From Phoronis australis (lineage: Eukaryota; Animalia; Phoronida): a stretch of DNA of 64,000 bases. Every line of letters begins with the position of its first letter. Within the stretch, counting starts at the first letter, position 1. The notes under the pieces were generated by a model. The model was not told where the DNA came from. It was given only the letters and a program-made list of their open reading frames with translations, and made no database searches. Both the position numbers and the translations under genes were made by a program. This document shows positions 26,675-41,089 of this stretch, in pieces. Where the stretch lies: NCBI GenBank assembly GCA_002633005.1, contig NMRA01000102.1:664345-728344 (forward strand), in the 5' to 3' direction.

Positions 26675-28156
26675 TGTACTTTGGAAGTGGCTCGCGGTAG
26701 TGAAGAATGAAAAGGACGCAATTAACACAAAGTACGAGGCAGTGATTTCGTCGACAGTGATTTCACTGACTAATGCCGCCTTACCAAACAGATCATGCAA
26801 CGGCCAGAAAAAGAGACTGAGGCTGAGGTCAAATGCAGTCCCTAGTGCTTGTGTTCGGCTGGCAGGGGACAAAGAAACGTGGCTCAGTTGTTAAATCATT
26901 TTTTTAATTTTGGAGAATTGTAGTTGGCGATAAAAACATGAACAATTACAATTAATTCAAGGCAGCCCTAAAAACGTCGTTTAGATGCGGTGCGACATCA
27001 GGGTGGTCCGTGAGACACATCTGCGCTTCTACAAGAAGTCGTTTCATTTGCGGAATTTCGTAACGGTCGGATGAGGGCTCGTTTAAGTCGGGATTGCGAG
27101 TTTCCATGTTGACGTTCATTATAGTGCGTTCTGTTCCAAAATGAATTATTCTCTCCCAATACTTCTATAAAAGTGAAACAAAGTCTATCTCATTAGATAC
27201 AATTTGTAAGGCCTTAGGAGTGTTCGTGAGTGCAAATGTTTTCAGAAGCCAGCAATGAATAAATCAATGCTTTACCGGCTTTATGTGCAATAAAGCTAAT
27301 TGACCGGGTACCGAGGCCGTGTGAGCGCATGCAAATTCAGTGTTTGTTAACAGAAAGCTGTTGTGAAACAATAACTCGATTTTGTATCCTATGGTCAGAT
27401 GTTAGGGGAATCTTTAATTAGAAATACATATACATTGTTCGAATCATTGTTACTGTACAACTTTCTCCTTGGCGTTACTGTGGAAGGGGAACCTGACTGC
27501 GGCCCATTACGAGTAAGTAGGCTTGCAGGTTCGCGGTTAATTCACTAAAATAATCACGTGCACATTATTTTTTTAGATCATTAGTATCGTCTTTTCGTGA
27601 CTGGAAGTTTAGTTTCTAACTTTGGCTGGTTTACGTTCGTGATGTCTTCAGTCCGGCCGCGACGAACCTGGTCGGATTCGGTTATGTGTGTTAAGAACTG
27701 AAATAATCGCAAGTCTAAAATTTCAACACACAGCTATGTCCTCCTGTCTGTATTTCACGGAAGAATATTTCGAATTTATCACCCGACAGACCCTAAACTC
27801 CAGCAACCAACCTTGGTAAATTGGACTACCGAACTACGGTACGTTCAAATAATATAAATCCGTAATAGCGAAATAAAACAACACGCTTGTTCAAGAATTC
27901 GATGTATTTGTAAGGGTTTTACATCGAATTTCGGTGATTTATTGGTGTAAACTATAAATTCAAGCGATAAGTTTACACCAGTAAGCGTGTTGTGAACTGC
28001 TGAACTAACTGCGTTCGAGCTTCTGACGTCATTGGTTAATTTCAACACCTCGTCTGCCGTCAGGTGTCAGGCAAAAGAACTGTACTTGCTGTTATCAAAT
28101 GGAACTACTTTATCTAAACTGATACAAAATCGGTTGTTTTTCTGTGGCATTCTCCT
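26617..28156 (+). mobile_element. Second, more decayed Kolobok copy (opposite orientation to 15075-17173)
   Basis: THAP remnant INTKYEAV...KKRLRLRSNAVPS at 26700-26880, KolX remnant inverted at ~26990-27250, terminus gtggcattctcct|ttaa at 28156. Confidence 0.75.
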
Positions 28157-29439
28157 TTAATGCTTACTTTATACATGTAAGTACTACTGCAAAATGAAAA
28201 ACGCAAACTCTGAAAGTTTATCAGTGACGTTGTCTTTTAGTTTGGTTTTCTTAGAAATTGTTATGTTACCATTGGGCACATTGTCAAAACTACACCAAGG
28301 CCCGTGGACCAATCTCTGACTTGGATTGGGGCTTGAAATTTGTCAAATCACGTGACGTGGTTTTAGTACAAATTTGCAAGCTGAATACATGTAGTCAACC
28401 GCCTTGATTCCATGGAAAGGCTGGTATGCAATCGCAAGATTTGGTCATTGATAGTAACAATCAGGAAATACACAACGATCTCATGAATCCTAACAACGAG
28501 TCTGTCACATCCAAAAAGAGTCCTGAATCTGTAATTATTGGCCATAAAACTCATTATACCCCTTTTACTAAACTATCTTCCTGGAGGTTTGATACCAGAG
28601 GCGACATCGCTTTGCACGTTGTGTGTATATTGATTCTGTATCAGTGCTACTAAACATGACACGATGGTTACAAAGAAAGCGCCTTTCTGGGACCACGTCT
28701 TAAAATCCTGTTTTGATTATCTGCACGCTGTAGGCCATGGGCCGTAGCCCGCAGGAGGTCTAGAAAACCACTTCTGTAACCACTTTGGGGGTAATTTAAT
28801 CCAGGTGTTTTTGATGTCACAAAACATTGTACTGTATGAATCAAAAAAGTTCACTCGTTTAAACTTGCACATTTTTGCGAAATTTAATGTTAAAATTGTG
28901 CCAATTCAGCAAATTCTGCATGGAATTAAAATAAGTTAGAAAAGAAGAAAATGTGTCCGTAAAGGATGATACCACATATGATATTCCTACAGCTGAATTA
29001 AGTCATAATAAACACATACCTTGTTATATTTTTCAATCAAAATGTAGAATTATGGAAGGAATATGAATTTATGATCACCACATGTTGGAAAAATATGGAA
29101 CTATCATTCATAGTGTTTTATGCTGTTTTTACTGTTAGTGATAAAACTACAATTATCAAACTGACTTACCTTTATTTTATCACACATTTCCTAATATTTC
29201 ATACAAAAACAGTCATTGGTACACGCCCAAAGCATACGAAAAGTATAGAATAACAATAAATGCAATCGGATGAAGCACAGAAGGGCGAGATATTAACAAG
29301 ATAAAAGCCATTGCTGGAGACGTAGATATGAAAATAGAAAAGTGTTTCACAAATCACCAAGCTCACTGGGCCAGTTAATTGCCTGTTTTTGTCTCTTGAG
29401 AAGATGTCTTTCCAAGTTCCTACGGCTGAATCAATTTCA

Positions 29440-30955
29440 TTACTCACTTTGACATTCTCACAGTTTTGGCATTTGCACATTTCAGTGAATTTTCGTCCAG
29501 CATTTACACGAGAACAAACGTTTGCTTAACAACAATTCACGCTGATTCCGTTTTGGACTAAGGAATTGTAGAATAGGATACATTACCTTTTATTTCGATT
29601 TCAGATCTCCAGTTTGGACACATACATTACAAACTCTTTTAGACAAAATTTCCTCAGGGAGTGACTTTAGCAGAGTCAAATGCAATATTTCCCCATGTGA
29701 GATCTTTCGTTGCTCCAAAACTTCAAAGCAACACTCTTGAAATACATCTGAAAATTTCACATTTTTCGCTATCATCAGATATGTGTTTCGTCAGTAGTCT
29801 CGTGAATCTTTTGTAGCATGAACGATGGTATTTGGCTTCGAGTCGTATCAGATCTCTTACCTTTAATCTGATCAAAAGGTCCATGTCATTTCCTGTCTTA
29901 GCAGCATCCAAAAACAACCCATCTACAACCAAGCAAATTAATAATAAAAATCGTTGTCAGAGTGTAAAAATGTGGATTCCGAAAGGATTGTGGGCCTGTC
30001 CTACAAAACGATAGATGTTGACATGTACTCAATTTTTATTACAATAACCGAATGGAAGTACAAATAATGATCAAATTGCAAAAAGTATAATTTTGATAGA
30101 TATCTTATACCATGCCCAGAGTTTTGGTTACTGAGGAAAGAAAAGTACACAGAAGAAAATGTTCGTGTTGTTATTGGGTTATGTGTCCTACCTGCGATGG
30201 AATGCCATCACACGGGCTTGTTATTCAAGGAATACCTGGATACTTGATTCAAACACAAGTAGGCCAGACACCGAGTCCAGGGAACACAATATTTTACCAG
30301 TTGTGCTTATGAGAGCTTTCCACTCAGTTCGCACCTGAGCAAACTCGCACCCAAGTGAACTCGTACCCGTGCTAAAAAACCTAAATTTTCATTTTCATTT
30401 TCATTGTCATTCACTGAATAACGAGTAATATTGAGTCGTTTTGCATAAATATGGCATGGCTGATTGATTTTAATCAATGTTTTGCCAAATTAAATAGTTT
30501 TGAAATACGAGTTGACTGGGGTTTGAAGTGACCTGTTTCCCAATGAGGCACTGACTACAGTGTCACTGATTCAGTGACTTGGGTCGATTTAATCATACAC
30601 CCAGCAAAAATAACTCTCACCATCATCTTGGTCGTAATCAGGGGGTTCTGTTCTCGGCATACTTTGTACTTTTGCAATCTTTCCTCTTTCAATCTTTGTA
30701 GCATCACTTAGTTATATAACATGATTTTTGATACTGCCTGGAGCCCACGACAATCCCGTGAAGTTACTTGATGCAAATTCCAACTGGTGACACACATTGT
30801 GCTCATTACTGTCTTCATCTCCAAGGGAAAGTCATTCTTTCACACAGTCAATGCTTTTTGCCCATGTCAGTTTTGAGAAACTCAACAGAACATGAACTTA
30901 CTCCTTGAAAATGGATGCAGCATTCCATGACAGCATCTCCTAAGTGAGCCGCCAT
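29440..30955 (-). pseudogene. Internally deleted DNA transposase remnant (Chapaev/CMC-like)
   Basis: aacATGGCG start with ECCIHF and KSCY; RDLIRLEAKYHRSCYKRFT at ~29800-29860; C-terminal CXC-like FTEMCKCQNCEN at ~29455-29490. Superfamily call is from motif recall. Confidence 0.6.
30322..30540. repeat. Small MITE-like insertion with AACTCG(C/T)ACC repeats
   Basis: gttcgcacc, aactcgcacc, aactcgtacc at 30328-30369 and inverted tacgagttgac...gtgacctgtttcc at 30506-30540. Confidence 0.4.
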
Positions 30956-32089
30956 GTTAGTGTAAGTCAGCAGTTACTTAACTTTTGGAGATTATGATTG
31001 GCTTAAGATGCCATCTTGTGTTATAGTCTTTTGTTGGATTTAGCACCACCTCTTGTTCAATAATGTATTATTTGGACTCACAAAAACGGTTTTTCCACAA
31101 ACAATTTGCCACAACTTGGGAACTTTTCAGGTAACAATTTCTTAATGATATATCTATCCAAACAAAAAAATCAAGTTGCCCCCCTAACATGGCCACAGGA
31201 TGAAACAACTGGGGCTATGGCCCCTGGCCTACTACTCGTGTTAACTTTCACGTTCGACTTAAAGCCAAGGACAAAACACCTTGAGTATCTCAATTTAACG
31301 CTGAATCCCCCGTATTCAACTGTAAATAATTAATTCTTATCCGATTCTCTGTGGAATTTTAATTCATTGCCATGCTGTTTTGCTTTTGAACAAGGTAATG
31401 CGTAAATGCGCTACTCCGCAAATTTAGGGTTGGCCAACCCCAATTAACGCTTAAGTTTTCTCTCGAGTCGCTGAAGATTTTTTATGTTTTTGATGGTAAT
31501 GATATAGAATCCTATTACGGTAAGTACTAGACCGACTTTGATGAGGGTGAAAATCTTAATTTGATTTTCATGTTCAGACTGCAAATGTAACCTCATTACT
31601 ATGCAGGAACAGTAAATCTTAGAAACGGTTGATTGCTTTTATGTGAACATTCCCGATGTTATACCGTATACACTGGCCCCTAAAACGTTTTTTAGGATTT
31701 GTTTATTAGCTGTTCAATTTTTGCACGAGGTGCAATAAACATAGGGCTTTTATGATTGTTTACCCAGATCTAATGCCTCTTGGTGCTTTCTGGGTTATGT
31801 ATATTCATTGTATTCTGAAGATTTCGTAATAAACTTTAAAAAAAAATTGTTATTAAAAAATATGTAAAGCGAATAAATATTCTGAGACCTCAGCACGACA
31901 ATTTATGCCTGCCATCAATGTACCTGCCTTTTCTTTTCTGTTAACTTATATCAAATATACACGTAATGTTCACGTAACCCATTTAATAACAGATTCGTAT
32001 ACAGTCAAAAATCTAATTTTATATTCTTTCTAGTTTTAGAAAGTGTATACTTGTTTATTGTTAAAATCTATAGATTTGTAGATATTTGT

Positions 32090-32326
32090 ATGAATACCCA
32101 GGACACCCCCATTAAGGGCCTACAAAACCTTAATATCCCGAACCAGTATAGCAGATATAATTGCAACTGTACGAATGTTTCAAAATTTTTAGCAACTTTT
32201 AAAGGTTCTTAAGCATAAACCGACGAATTAGATGAGTGTACATACCCTCGATGTCCGTTTGAAAATTCTGGTCATTCTAAAGTGTCATTAAATCAATTTG
32301 CGCCTTCGTGCAGACATAACACGGTG
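32090..32326 (-). mobile_element. Possible CAC-type transposon terminus upstream of the Chapaev-like remnant
   Basis: Ends ...gcagacataacacggtg (minus strand CACCGTG); partner end not found. Confidence 0.3.
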
Positions 32327-32849
32327 AAAGTACGAAAGTGTCTAAAACTGTTGCAACACTACCTCTTAAACTGTAAAAGGGATTGAGGAGTATTTGTATT
32401 TAGCAGTTGTAAGCAATTAAAAGCACGCTGGTTGTTGTTGGTTGACTTCCAGCGTTATAACAATAAAAAGTCAGAATTTTTTTCTTCTCACCGAATAACA
32501 ATTCAAAACTTGGTCATGTTTTGGGAGAGGGCTCGATTCTTATGCTTGCATTCGATGTAACCCATCACAGAACAACGTGTTATCCTAAACATAATGAATG
32601 CAGTGATAATATTTATGCACCAGCACAGTACATACTAAATCAACTACGTCATGACTTTCATGTTTTTCATAAATAATGTGTCTACATGTACATGTGCATG
32701 TATGTGTTAATTTCATACCTTCATACATCCTCCCAGTTGTCAACAAGAATTTTGACTTGCATATATCCGTTAACCGTGTTGCACATGGTACGATAAACTT
32801 CATGTCAACATCAATGACAGCAGCTCTTCCGTCTTATTAATCTCAACAA

Positions 32850-34179
32850 CAAAATAAGCCATATATATTTTGCTCGGCTACTCCAAGTGGGTTTTGGTAT
32901 TGAACATCCCATTTAATAGCAGTGGATTACCAGCAACAACTACATAATGACTTTTCTTTGACTGGAATATTGGCTTTCCCAATTGTTTCCAGGGATCATG
33001 GAAAATGTCAGTTGACCCAGTGTCTATTTCGAAAAAAAATGTTTTGCCACTGAGTTTCGCAGGGTCTAGATTTGCAAAGTTCTTGACCATATGAGCCGGT
33101 ATAGTCACAACACTGATTATCCCATTTTGCCCTTTTACTTGGTCAACAAACTACCTCCAGGTGTCCTTTTTGTGGCACAAGTGACTTTTTGGTTCTTTGA
33201 ACTAGGAGCATGCATTATTTTGCCATAACGTATACAAGGTATCTTTTGCAATCTGACATTTTGGCCCGAGTATTTTTCTTTAAACGTCTTTGGTCCTAAT
33301 GTTTGGACCGGTTCGCCAGTAATTTGGTATACCGGTTCTGTGGCTTCAGATGAGACATCTTCAGTTTTTTACGCGAATTGAATGCGTCGTGTGAAAGTCA
33401 GTTAGTCACTTTTAAGTTTGACTTGAAGAGAGTCTTTAAAATAGTTCATTTATTAATGGAACACAGAAACTTTGTTCGCGTACCTTCAAGTTGAAGGTCT
33501 CTGATAGCCGTAAAATCGCGTTTCAGCACGTCTTGGCTGGTTTGTTCTGCCAACTCCTGGATCGGTTAGCCTCGCTTCCGCTTGTCGTCGGATCAGCAAA
33601 TAAAGGGAGTGCTTGGGGTCGAACCGATTCCCTGTGAAAGCAACGATACCCTAGATTATGATGTCTCTTCGAGGAGTTTTTGTTTCACCAGGGGATGTGC
33701 TTTAAACTATATACACAGCTGCCGACTGATCGGTTAAGAACACCAGTGCTACCTTCTAGAACGGAATGGAATTACCTCCAACGGAGGTTTCAAATCTCGC
33801 TCAGCAAACGTTCCAGAATTTGAACGTGCTCTGAAAAGCAGGAACAGCTCTGCTGTACGCAGAAGTCTGTAGACCTGCTGCTAGTAATTCAAGTTGTCTC
33901 TGAGTTGACGTTCTCTCTTCATTTAGCTGTTGCTTCACCATGCGTATTATTTCGACGAACTTAGTCATGACACTGCGTCGTTCAAGTCCTGCCGTCTAGT
34001 CCAGAATTATGTTACACTCTTAGACGAGAGGAGACCAATGGTTTATGTATTCGCCATGTCGCACGCTTGACATTGTATGCTATTGAGCACAACATTCAGA
34101 ATTTATTGTAAGACCACTTGACTGGGAGCATTGAAGAAGCCTTATTTACACTGGTAGAATAAAATGTTGAAATACAACA
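32850..34179 (-). mobile_element. Gypsy (Mag-like) LTR retrotransposon 5' remnant: short LTR, PBS, gag, protease
   Basis: LTR TGTTGT...GCGACA 34179-34057 with AATAAA, directly followed by TGGCGA PBS; gag remnants ARFET, VFLTDQS, FDPK, IQELA, CHKKGHLEVVC; protease FEIDTGS...WKQLGKP. Confidence 0.85.
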
Positions 34180-35646
34180 TAAAATGTATAATGTAGGTGG
34201 TCCACAGTTATTAGACTATTCAACAGAAACATGTTGACTGAAGCTTCAATTCAATGAAACTCACTGCAAACAATAGGCCCTCAAACTGTTTACGAAAGCA
34301 AGTCACTTCCGATCATTAGACGTTACAAGTTTCTGCATATCTCTATGTAACTAACGGTTAATAAGGGAAAATCTCGTGACCATAGCACAAATTGCATGTG
34401 TCAAAAGTCAATATACATTACGGAATGAACTTGAAACTATGAACCTCTTGGCCTTGCATGTTATTCGGTGCGAACACTGGCTGACATTGCAAGCTTATTT
34501 CTCAAGTCCTAAGGCTATTGTCGTAAACAAATCAGTTGCAAAAGTTACTGATGTAAATGAAGTAAAATATCCTCTGAGAGGAAGATGTGTCTCAAACACA
34601 AAGCCCTACAGGAAGAACACCAGCCGCCGTTGGAGGATGATTCCGGATAGCGTAGCAAAAATCACCGAACTGAGATACATGTACAAAGCAAACTAATGAA
34701 ATTGTTTACAAACAGACAGCGAAACTTTTTAATGTCTGTGGGTTTTGAAATATTAATATTTTGCTGACGATAAACAAGTGACAAGTTATATTACCATATC
34801 TCTTGATCGTTAGTCAGTGCTCGACATGCGTTTCATCTTTTAGCCTATTGTGTGCATTATGGGAAGTCACTCCACAGGCAAGCTGCATAAACAACGAGGT
34901 TTCTGCGAAAATCCCGCCCACATTTACAAATGAAAAATTATCGTAAACATTGGACTACATGTATGTATGCAACCTTGTTTTGCTCCGTTTTAGCATTTAA
35001 AATACGGGATGACTTGACCTTTAGCTCGCACACAGAATTTCAATGCAGCATGGATATTCCTTAAGTGAGTGAACACTTTTCCATGAGATCATTCTTTACC
35101 AAATAGACGCGTGGTTTCCAAATTGTCAAACTCCTTACTGAAATTCACAGAGGCAAAATGCATTTCCCCACGGCATTTTGACACATTTCTGCGGGTCATT
35201 GCTCGTAAAGCGAAAATATGTTAGACGGCTGAATAATCGGACTTAAATCCGGTTTGTTCCTTTGGGATGCCATGCACTTTATCCGACCACTCCAGGAGTA
35301 TTTTGTTTAATATCGACGTAACAGCTTGTTCATGTTATCAATTGAAACATTCCTTTCTAATCACTTGCAATATTTTTGTCGCCTTTCTTATATACAGGAA
35401 AAGTTACAAAGTTTGCATAAAACCTCGAGCATATACGCGTTTAATCAGTTTAAAAATAATTTGATATGAATTTGATATCAAAGTTTTAAAATTCCATGGA
35501 ATATAGTCTTTTGATGAGAGTAACTAGTCCACCGTAAGTATTGCAATTTGGTGATTAATTTTAAAGTGAATGAGTAAATTAAAATGTGAGGATTCTTCAT
35601 TTCTTGACTAATGTCAGGAGTGGAAGGACATTGTTTTCAGTTCTAC

Positions 35647-35922
35647 AATAGACTATAGTACATTGACCGCCAAGTGCGTATACTTTCAATGGAAGAAATC
35701 TATGCTCATACAGAAGTCATGAAGTCATTATTCACTAGCGACACTTGGCCAAATTATCTGGTTTTATTCCTGGCAAGTACGTTGTCTGCTAATCACGATC
35801 ATGTTGTGTCGCCACAATACACTAACCGGAAACTGAAACAGATAATTTAGGAGATTGGCGCCTCCTCTAGGATAGTACGCAAGGAATTGTGAGAGTTGCA
35901 AATCTGTTGTCTATAATCTATG
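35647..35922 (+). mobile_element. 276-bp MITE derived from the P-like element at 42586-45700
   Basis: Left ~160 bp match 42586-42745, right ~105 bp match 45595-45700; ends atagactatag / ctataatctatg; flanks gttctac / gttgtac. Confidence 0.85.
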
Positions 35923-36010
35923 GTTGTACAGATATTATTTTACTGTTCTAGTTGTTTTTCTAGCATAAAGCATTTGATTGATATGGCGAATGGGGTCACG
36001 CTAATAATGA

Positions 36011-36529
36011 TGTTATTTGTTCACCATAATGAGGAACATTCAAGTAGGTTTCGGTGTACTATTGAATGCTATAGAAACATAGTTTGGAACATTCTAGTTC
36101 CTAGTATGTTTGTAGAATGTTTGGGTAGATGCGGGAAAATACCTATCAAACAAAGTGCTGGAATTTGTAAAACGGTCCAGAAAATTGCACCAGACTATAA
36201 ATTGCCAAGGACGGGTTAGTGTAACTCAGTTGAGTTGAGTTGAGCTGACATGAAGTTACAATTGAGTTGCAGTAACAGCGTTACTCATAGTGAGCCAGCT
36301 ATAGATATTCCAGGTTATTAAAACGACGAGTTACTAGAACAAAGCAGTCTTTCAGAAGTTCATCAAAAGTTAAGGTTTCGCACACTGGCTGTAGCACAGA
36401 ACAAGCATTACGTGGTAAGTTTTGTTTGAATAGAATGCCTTGTCAACATAATGTAGATATTAATAAATTGATTAACTCTAACCAGTCGTCAATCTATCAT
36501 TGCAACCATCCATGGGTTAACACGTGACA
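36011..36529 (+). mobile_element. Candidate solo LTR
   Basis: TGTTAT...GTGACA ends, TATAAA near 36195, AATAAA near 36462; no TSD seen. Confidence 0.4.
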
Positions 36530-37899
36530 ACAACCACGATTCATCTGCCCAGAAGACATCAAGGAAATAATTAGCCTTTTGGTGATAATCAACTGTGGTC
36601 TTAAAAAATCAAATTTTGCCTTGCTCCATTGACTATTCATTTTGGACTCTGAATTAGATTACAACTCACTGCAAAATTAACTTTCATGTAAGTACACGGT
36701 CTTACGATCAGGGCTAATGAATATTCATTGTGAAGTCTCACGTGGCCTATATTATCCGGAATGCGACGAACGTAAACAAATACGCCATGTCGAGTTCAGT
36801 ATCTCTATTGAGGTAAACACAGGCCAACAGGAAGGTAAGTTAGTTTTTAGTCCCATGTGAGCACTTTGCGTGAGTTATGCGTTTAGGGTATGAATTTGAA
36901 TTTAGAGAAGCTAGTAGTTTTCATTGAATTAACTTTTTAGAGTGCCAAGAAGATGTACTGTCAAAGTCAGTCTTTACAGTGTGTGAAATTAGAAAAAAGA
37001 CTGGGTGAAATAGCATTACATTTTAACTGAGTAGAATGAACATGGTCATAGTGCCCTCTGCTTCGGAGATTGAAAATGAGGCCTAAGGTCAAGGTTCACT
37101 TTTGAAGGACCCAATTTGCGGAAATTTCACGTTATCAGCTATGGTCATGATATGACGAAACGCAGTCCAAGGGTGAGGTTCCGGATTCACTGGTACGCTG
37201 TCTTAGCGGCTTTTCAAAATCCGATTTTCTTGTGGCTCGCCTCCGCTGCCTTCTGGGTTAAATACTAAACAATTGACCACATTTCTCCAGCCCGAAGCGG
37301 CAATTTCTTAAAAGGTTACTTTGGATTGGTAAACCATATATAGAGTTTCCCGAATTTCAGTCTGAATCATCGTCCATTTTTACCAGGTTAGCTTCCAATT
37401 GTCAAATTTCGTCTACGTCAGTCAATCCTCGTAGATTAATAGACATGTAAATTAGAGATCAACAAACCCTCGGTGGTTACCCGACGCAAGAAATGGCATG
37501 TTATGCCGTTTAATTGGTAACACAATGTATAACTGAATGTAAACACAGCGCGCTTTTAGAGTTAACGGCATGTTGTTAACTAATTTTAAAAGTTTTTTAA
37601 ATCAGCAATTTACGGGTTGTATTTTAGATGAATCCCGAAAGCATGCACTAGATAATTGACGGGCACATAGAATAGTGTAGTGTGGAAGACCGGGCATCCA
37701 ATTAAACACTTGCACCAAACACTGTCATTAAATATAGACAGGCTGATCGACACGTGGGAGTTTCCTACTGCAGAATTCCAAATTCATTAATTTATGTTCT
37801 ATTTCCGTGAAGATCACTGGAAATACCTTCATAATACCTTCTTACTGGAGTTGTAATAAATTGTCAATGAGAAAGTGTTCGTAACGATGTCTGCAAGTT

Positions 37900-38860
37900 T
37901 GCCTTGCGACTAAACAAAAAGACGCCAAATGCCATGGCAAAGAGTCGAATGCGGTAGATATTTGTTGTATAAGTATTATATATTTAAGCCTATTGTTTAC
38001 TGGACCAATGAGCTAAATAGCTCATTAACTGGACAAATCTACTTCAGATGTTGCCTCATAGATAACCAATTCAGTGTTACAACATGTTACGACAGTAATG
38101 TGAGGACGGCGGTAGACATAAGTGGGCATATTCTGTAAAATGCTGCTGTATACCTATGGGTTTGGGGAGATATGGTTATACGGACCTGGTGAGGTGGATT
38201 TATTCCTTTCAGAATTTTGTCAGACGCACAAAATTGGCACTCTGTAATAAATACACAATGTAATTCTACTAAATATCAACTGTATTATGAAAACGGTCCT
38301 ACAGTATGTGAAAAATACCTGTTCTTATTAGAACCCTAAGTTAAGGAAAATACTTGTTCGTTTTAGGTGTTCAATACACAAGCTTTGCATTGAAAAGGGC
38401 TGCACGCAGGTGTACCCGAGCGTGAAAGAATTTGTGGAATATGCAATACTGGACAAATTGAAAACGAGATTCATTTAACGTGTCACTGCCCTGCCTTAGT
38501 GATATGCTCAGATTTTTTTTTTGACAATTGTGACAGATTATATGTAGATTATTTCAAAACCGTAATCTTTGTAAACTAAATAGCCTGGCGCGATTTATTT
38601 GAAAAGCAACAGTGTAAAAAGCTGAAATTTTACACAGGTTGTCATTGTTGGTCTAGTTCATTGTCAATTCCTGTAACTGACTGTATCTGTGCTTCATTAC
38701 TTGTTGCTGGACCTAGCTAGGTGGCCACTGCATTCTCTCTTCTGATGATGGCATTTTTAATAAAACCATTGTTGTTTTCTGAAATTTTATCATTGTAATG
38801 TTGAATGTAAACTGTATTATGAGGCTAAGGCCTCCACACATTAAACATTTCTGATTCTGT
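37900..38860 (+). mobile_element. RTE-X-like LINE 3' fragment
   Basis: RVECGRY..YW, LYTYGFGEIW, RKILVRFRCSIHKLCIEKG, ERICGICNTGQIENEIHLTCHCP zinc finger; ttctgattctg tail. Confidence 0.75.
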
Positions 38861-40160
38861 GAAAGAACTGTTGTCCGGCGCTGAATTTCCCAATATTTCT
38901 GTCAAGTTTATAGCAGACTATGTAACTAAATACACATGTATTGATAAGTAAATGTAAAGCATGTTCTGAGTGCAATGGAAATAAGTTTCAATTTTTAGGT
39001 TAATGAGGTCTTCACGAAAATCTAGATCTCAGGGGCTACCTACCCTCATAATATTCCGCCCCGGTTAGCGACAAATCTTACTCGTATCACACTAGAAATT
39101 CCCAGTCACACGCCGTGACTCAAACTGTCCATACCACGATAGATTCTGATTTCCATGTCATAAACGTGCGACCAAGGCACTGTCAAGTGAAGAAGTTTGT
39201 CAACAAACAACAATTTAACCCAACTCTTCCTAAATTTGGCCTTCCTCATGTTGCAATTGATGCGTGGTGATCTTTCAATTCCATTTTATGGCATACATGT
39301 AGCTAATGAATAATTGATTCAGAAATCAATTAACAAATTAATGAAAGTTAATGATTTAATTATTTAAATTAGGTGGCAAGTTAAATAAAATTCAGTACTT
39401 ATATAACATCTCGCTATGTGGTTTCTACAGCCAATAACCTGTTACATCAAAAATACGTTTCAAAACATTAGATCGATTTAAAAGAGTCTACCTAAAACTA
39501 ATTTCTTCACTTGTTGTTGCACTGCAAATGAGACATGAAAATATCGTCCATCAAAATATCGGATACACGGGTTTCAAACTTCCTAGGCTGTTGTGGAAAT
39601 TATAACGAGGGGTGAACAGCAAACACAAACAATATCAGTAACAACAAAGCAGGACTCTACCTATTGGGGACAACTATGAAAATACAGGAATGAGGTCAAA
39701 GGTCAATGTAACTATTCACCGTAGTTGAGGATTACAGATCAAGTAAAAACTTAAGTGATCCCAGTCCAGCTACGTTAATAATCTCTTAGCCAATGCGGTC
39801 TTAATAACGTTTGAACACATTAATTCGTCATGTTGCTTGTGCCGCAGGAAATGAGTTCAACGGATATTGTGAGCACATTAATCACCCAATAAGTAACATA
39901 GCCGTGATTAAATTCCGATGGAAACTCTTGAAACGCACAAAATGAAAACGTAGATCAAATATTGACAAAATAGTTTGAAAGCACCGTTTAACTTTGATAT
40001 ATTGTTCATAGGTGCATAGCAAAAACTGATACATTTCCTGTGATGTATGGTTATATCGAAAAATACTATCCGGTTCGACCGCCTCACTTTCATGTTTGAA
40101 ACAATGATTGATGCCCTGGAAATAGATAATAATAGCAATGAAAAAATAGATATCATTACA

Positions 40161-40868
40161 TAAATACACAAAGCGTACCGAGAGTGGCTTACATGAAGTA
40201 AAATGCCACGAGACATTATCCCGCTTATCGACCGAGACCGAACTTTATCCCAGGCGCTTCGAATTCCTAAGTTTCTTACATTTTTTGGAATAATTTTAAA
40301 TACTTTACCCAGACTGTTCACATGGGGGATCACATCCTACATGTGTGTACTTGCGCGATAGGTTGCAAGTTTTCTCTTCTAAAAGAAACAATTTTTAAAG
40401 GTAACGATTTATTTCTTGAAAAGAGATTTCAAGGATGAAAACAACGGCAACTGTTCAGTGAACTTGTAACATCTCCAGGAAATAGGTAAAAAAACAACAA
40501 TATTTATTATAATATAATGCAGTTTCTTAGGAATCGGCGCCTGAGTTGCAGACAATATAGCCTTAGTACACAGCTGTATATGTATTCAGCAATTGAAAAT
40601 TGGGACATATGTGCCATATAACTTACAGTTTCGTTCCAGATTTTACATTTAGGGCCTGGCTGCATGTCAAGTGTTCGTTACACTGCTGCAATTGCATAAC
40701 GTAAAACTATTATCGGAAAGGTTGATGATCGAACCGGCTGAAGACGTCGATTGGACACTGACCTACCTTTTGAACTTTCTAACTGTTGAATTAGTGCGGG
40801 AGGTGAATACGGAAAACTTTATTACATGGCCGTATTTTGCTCGACAGATTCAACGCGTATGGGATAAA
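40161..40868 (+). mobile_element. Repeat family copy 2 (segment X inverted relative to the body)
   Basis: Body 40244-40868 collinear with 17536-18136; 40161-40240 is the reverse complement of 17463-17540. Confidence 0.8.
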
Positions 40869-41089
40869 GAACATTTCAACCGTCTACATCATTCATGACA
40901 TTTGTATTTACCAGGGCCATATTGCTTAGGTAGAGCAAAGTGTCCACGGATGGCTGGTTTTACATGTAGCCGCTTTAGTATTTTTATAAAATAAATAGGT
41001 ATCACCTATCGTCAAATGAAATTACGTAAATTTCTGTAGATTTACAGCAAAGATTAATGGAGTACCTTTCGCATTAAAAAATTTTCTGA

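Noticed and set aside
29763-29780. Minus-strand ctgatgatagcgaaa hammerhead-like core
   Set aside because: No stems; lies within transposase-derived coding remnant (ISDDSEK).
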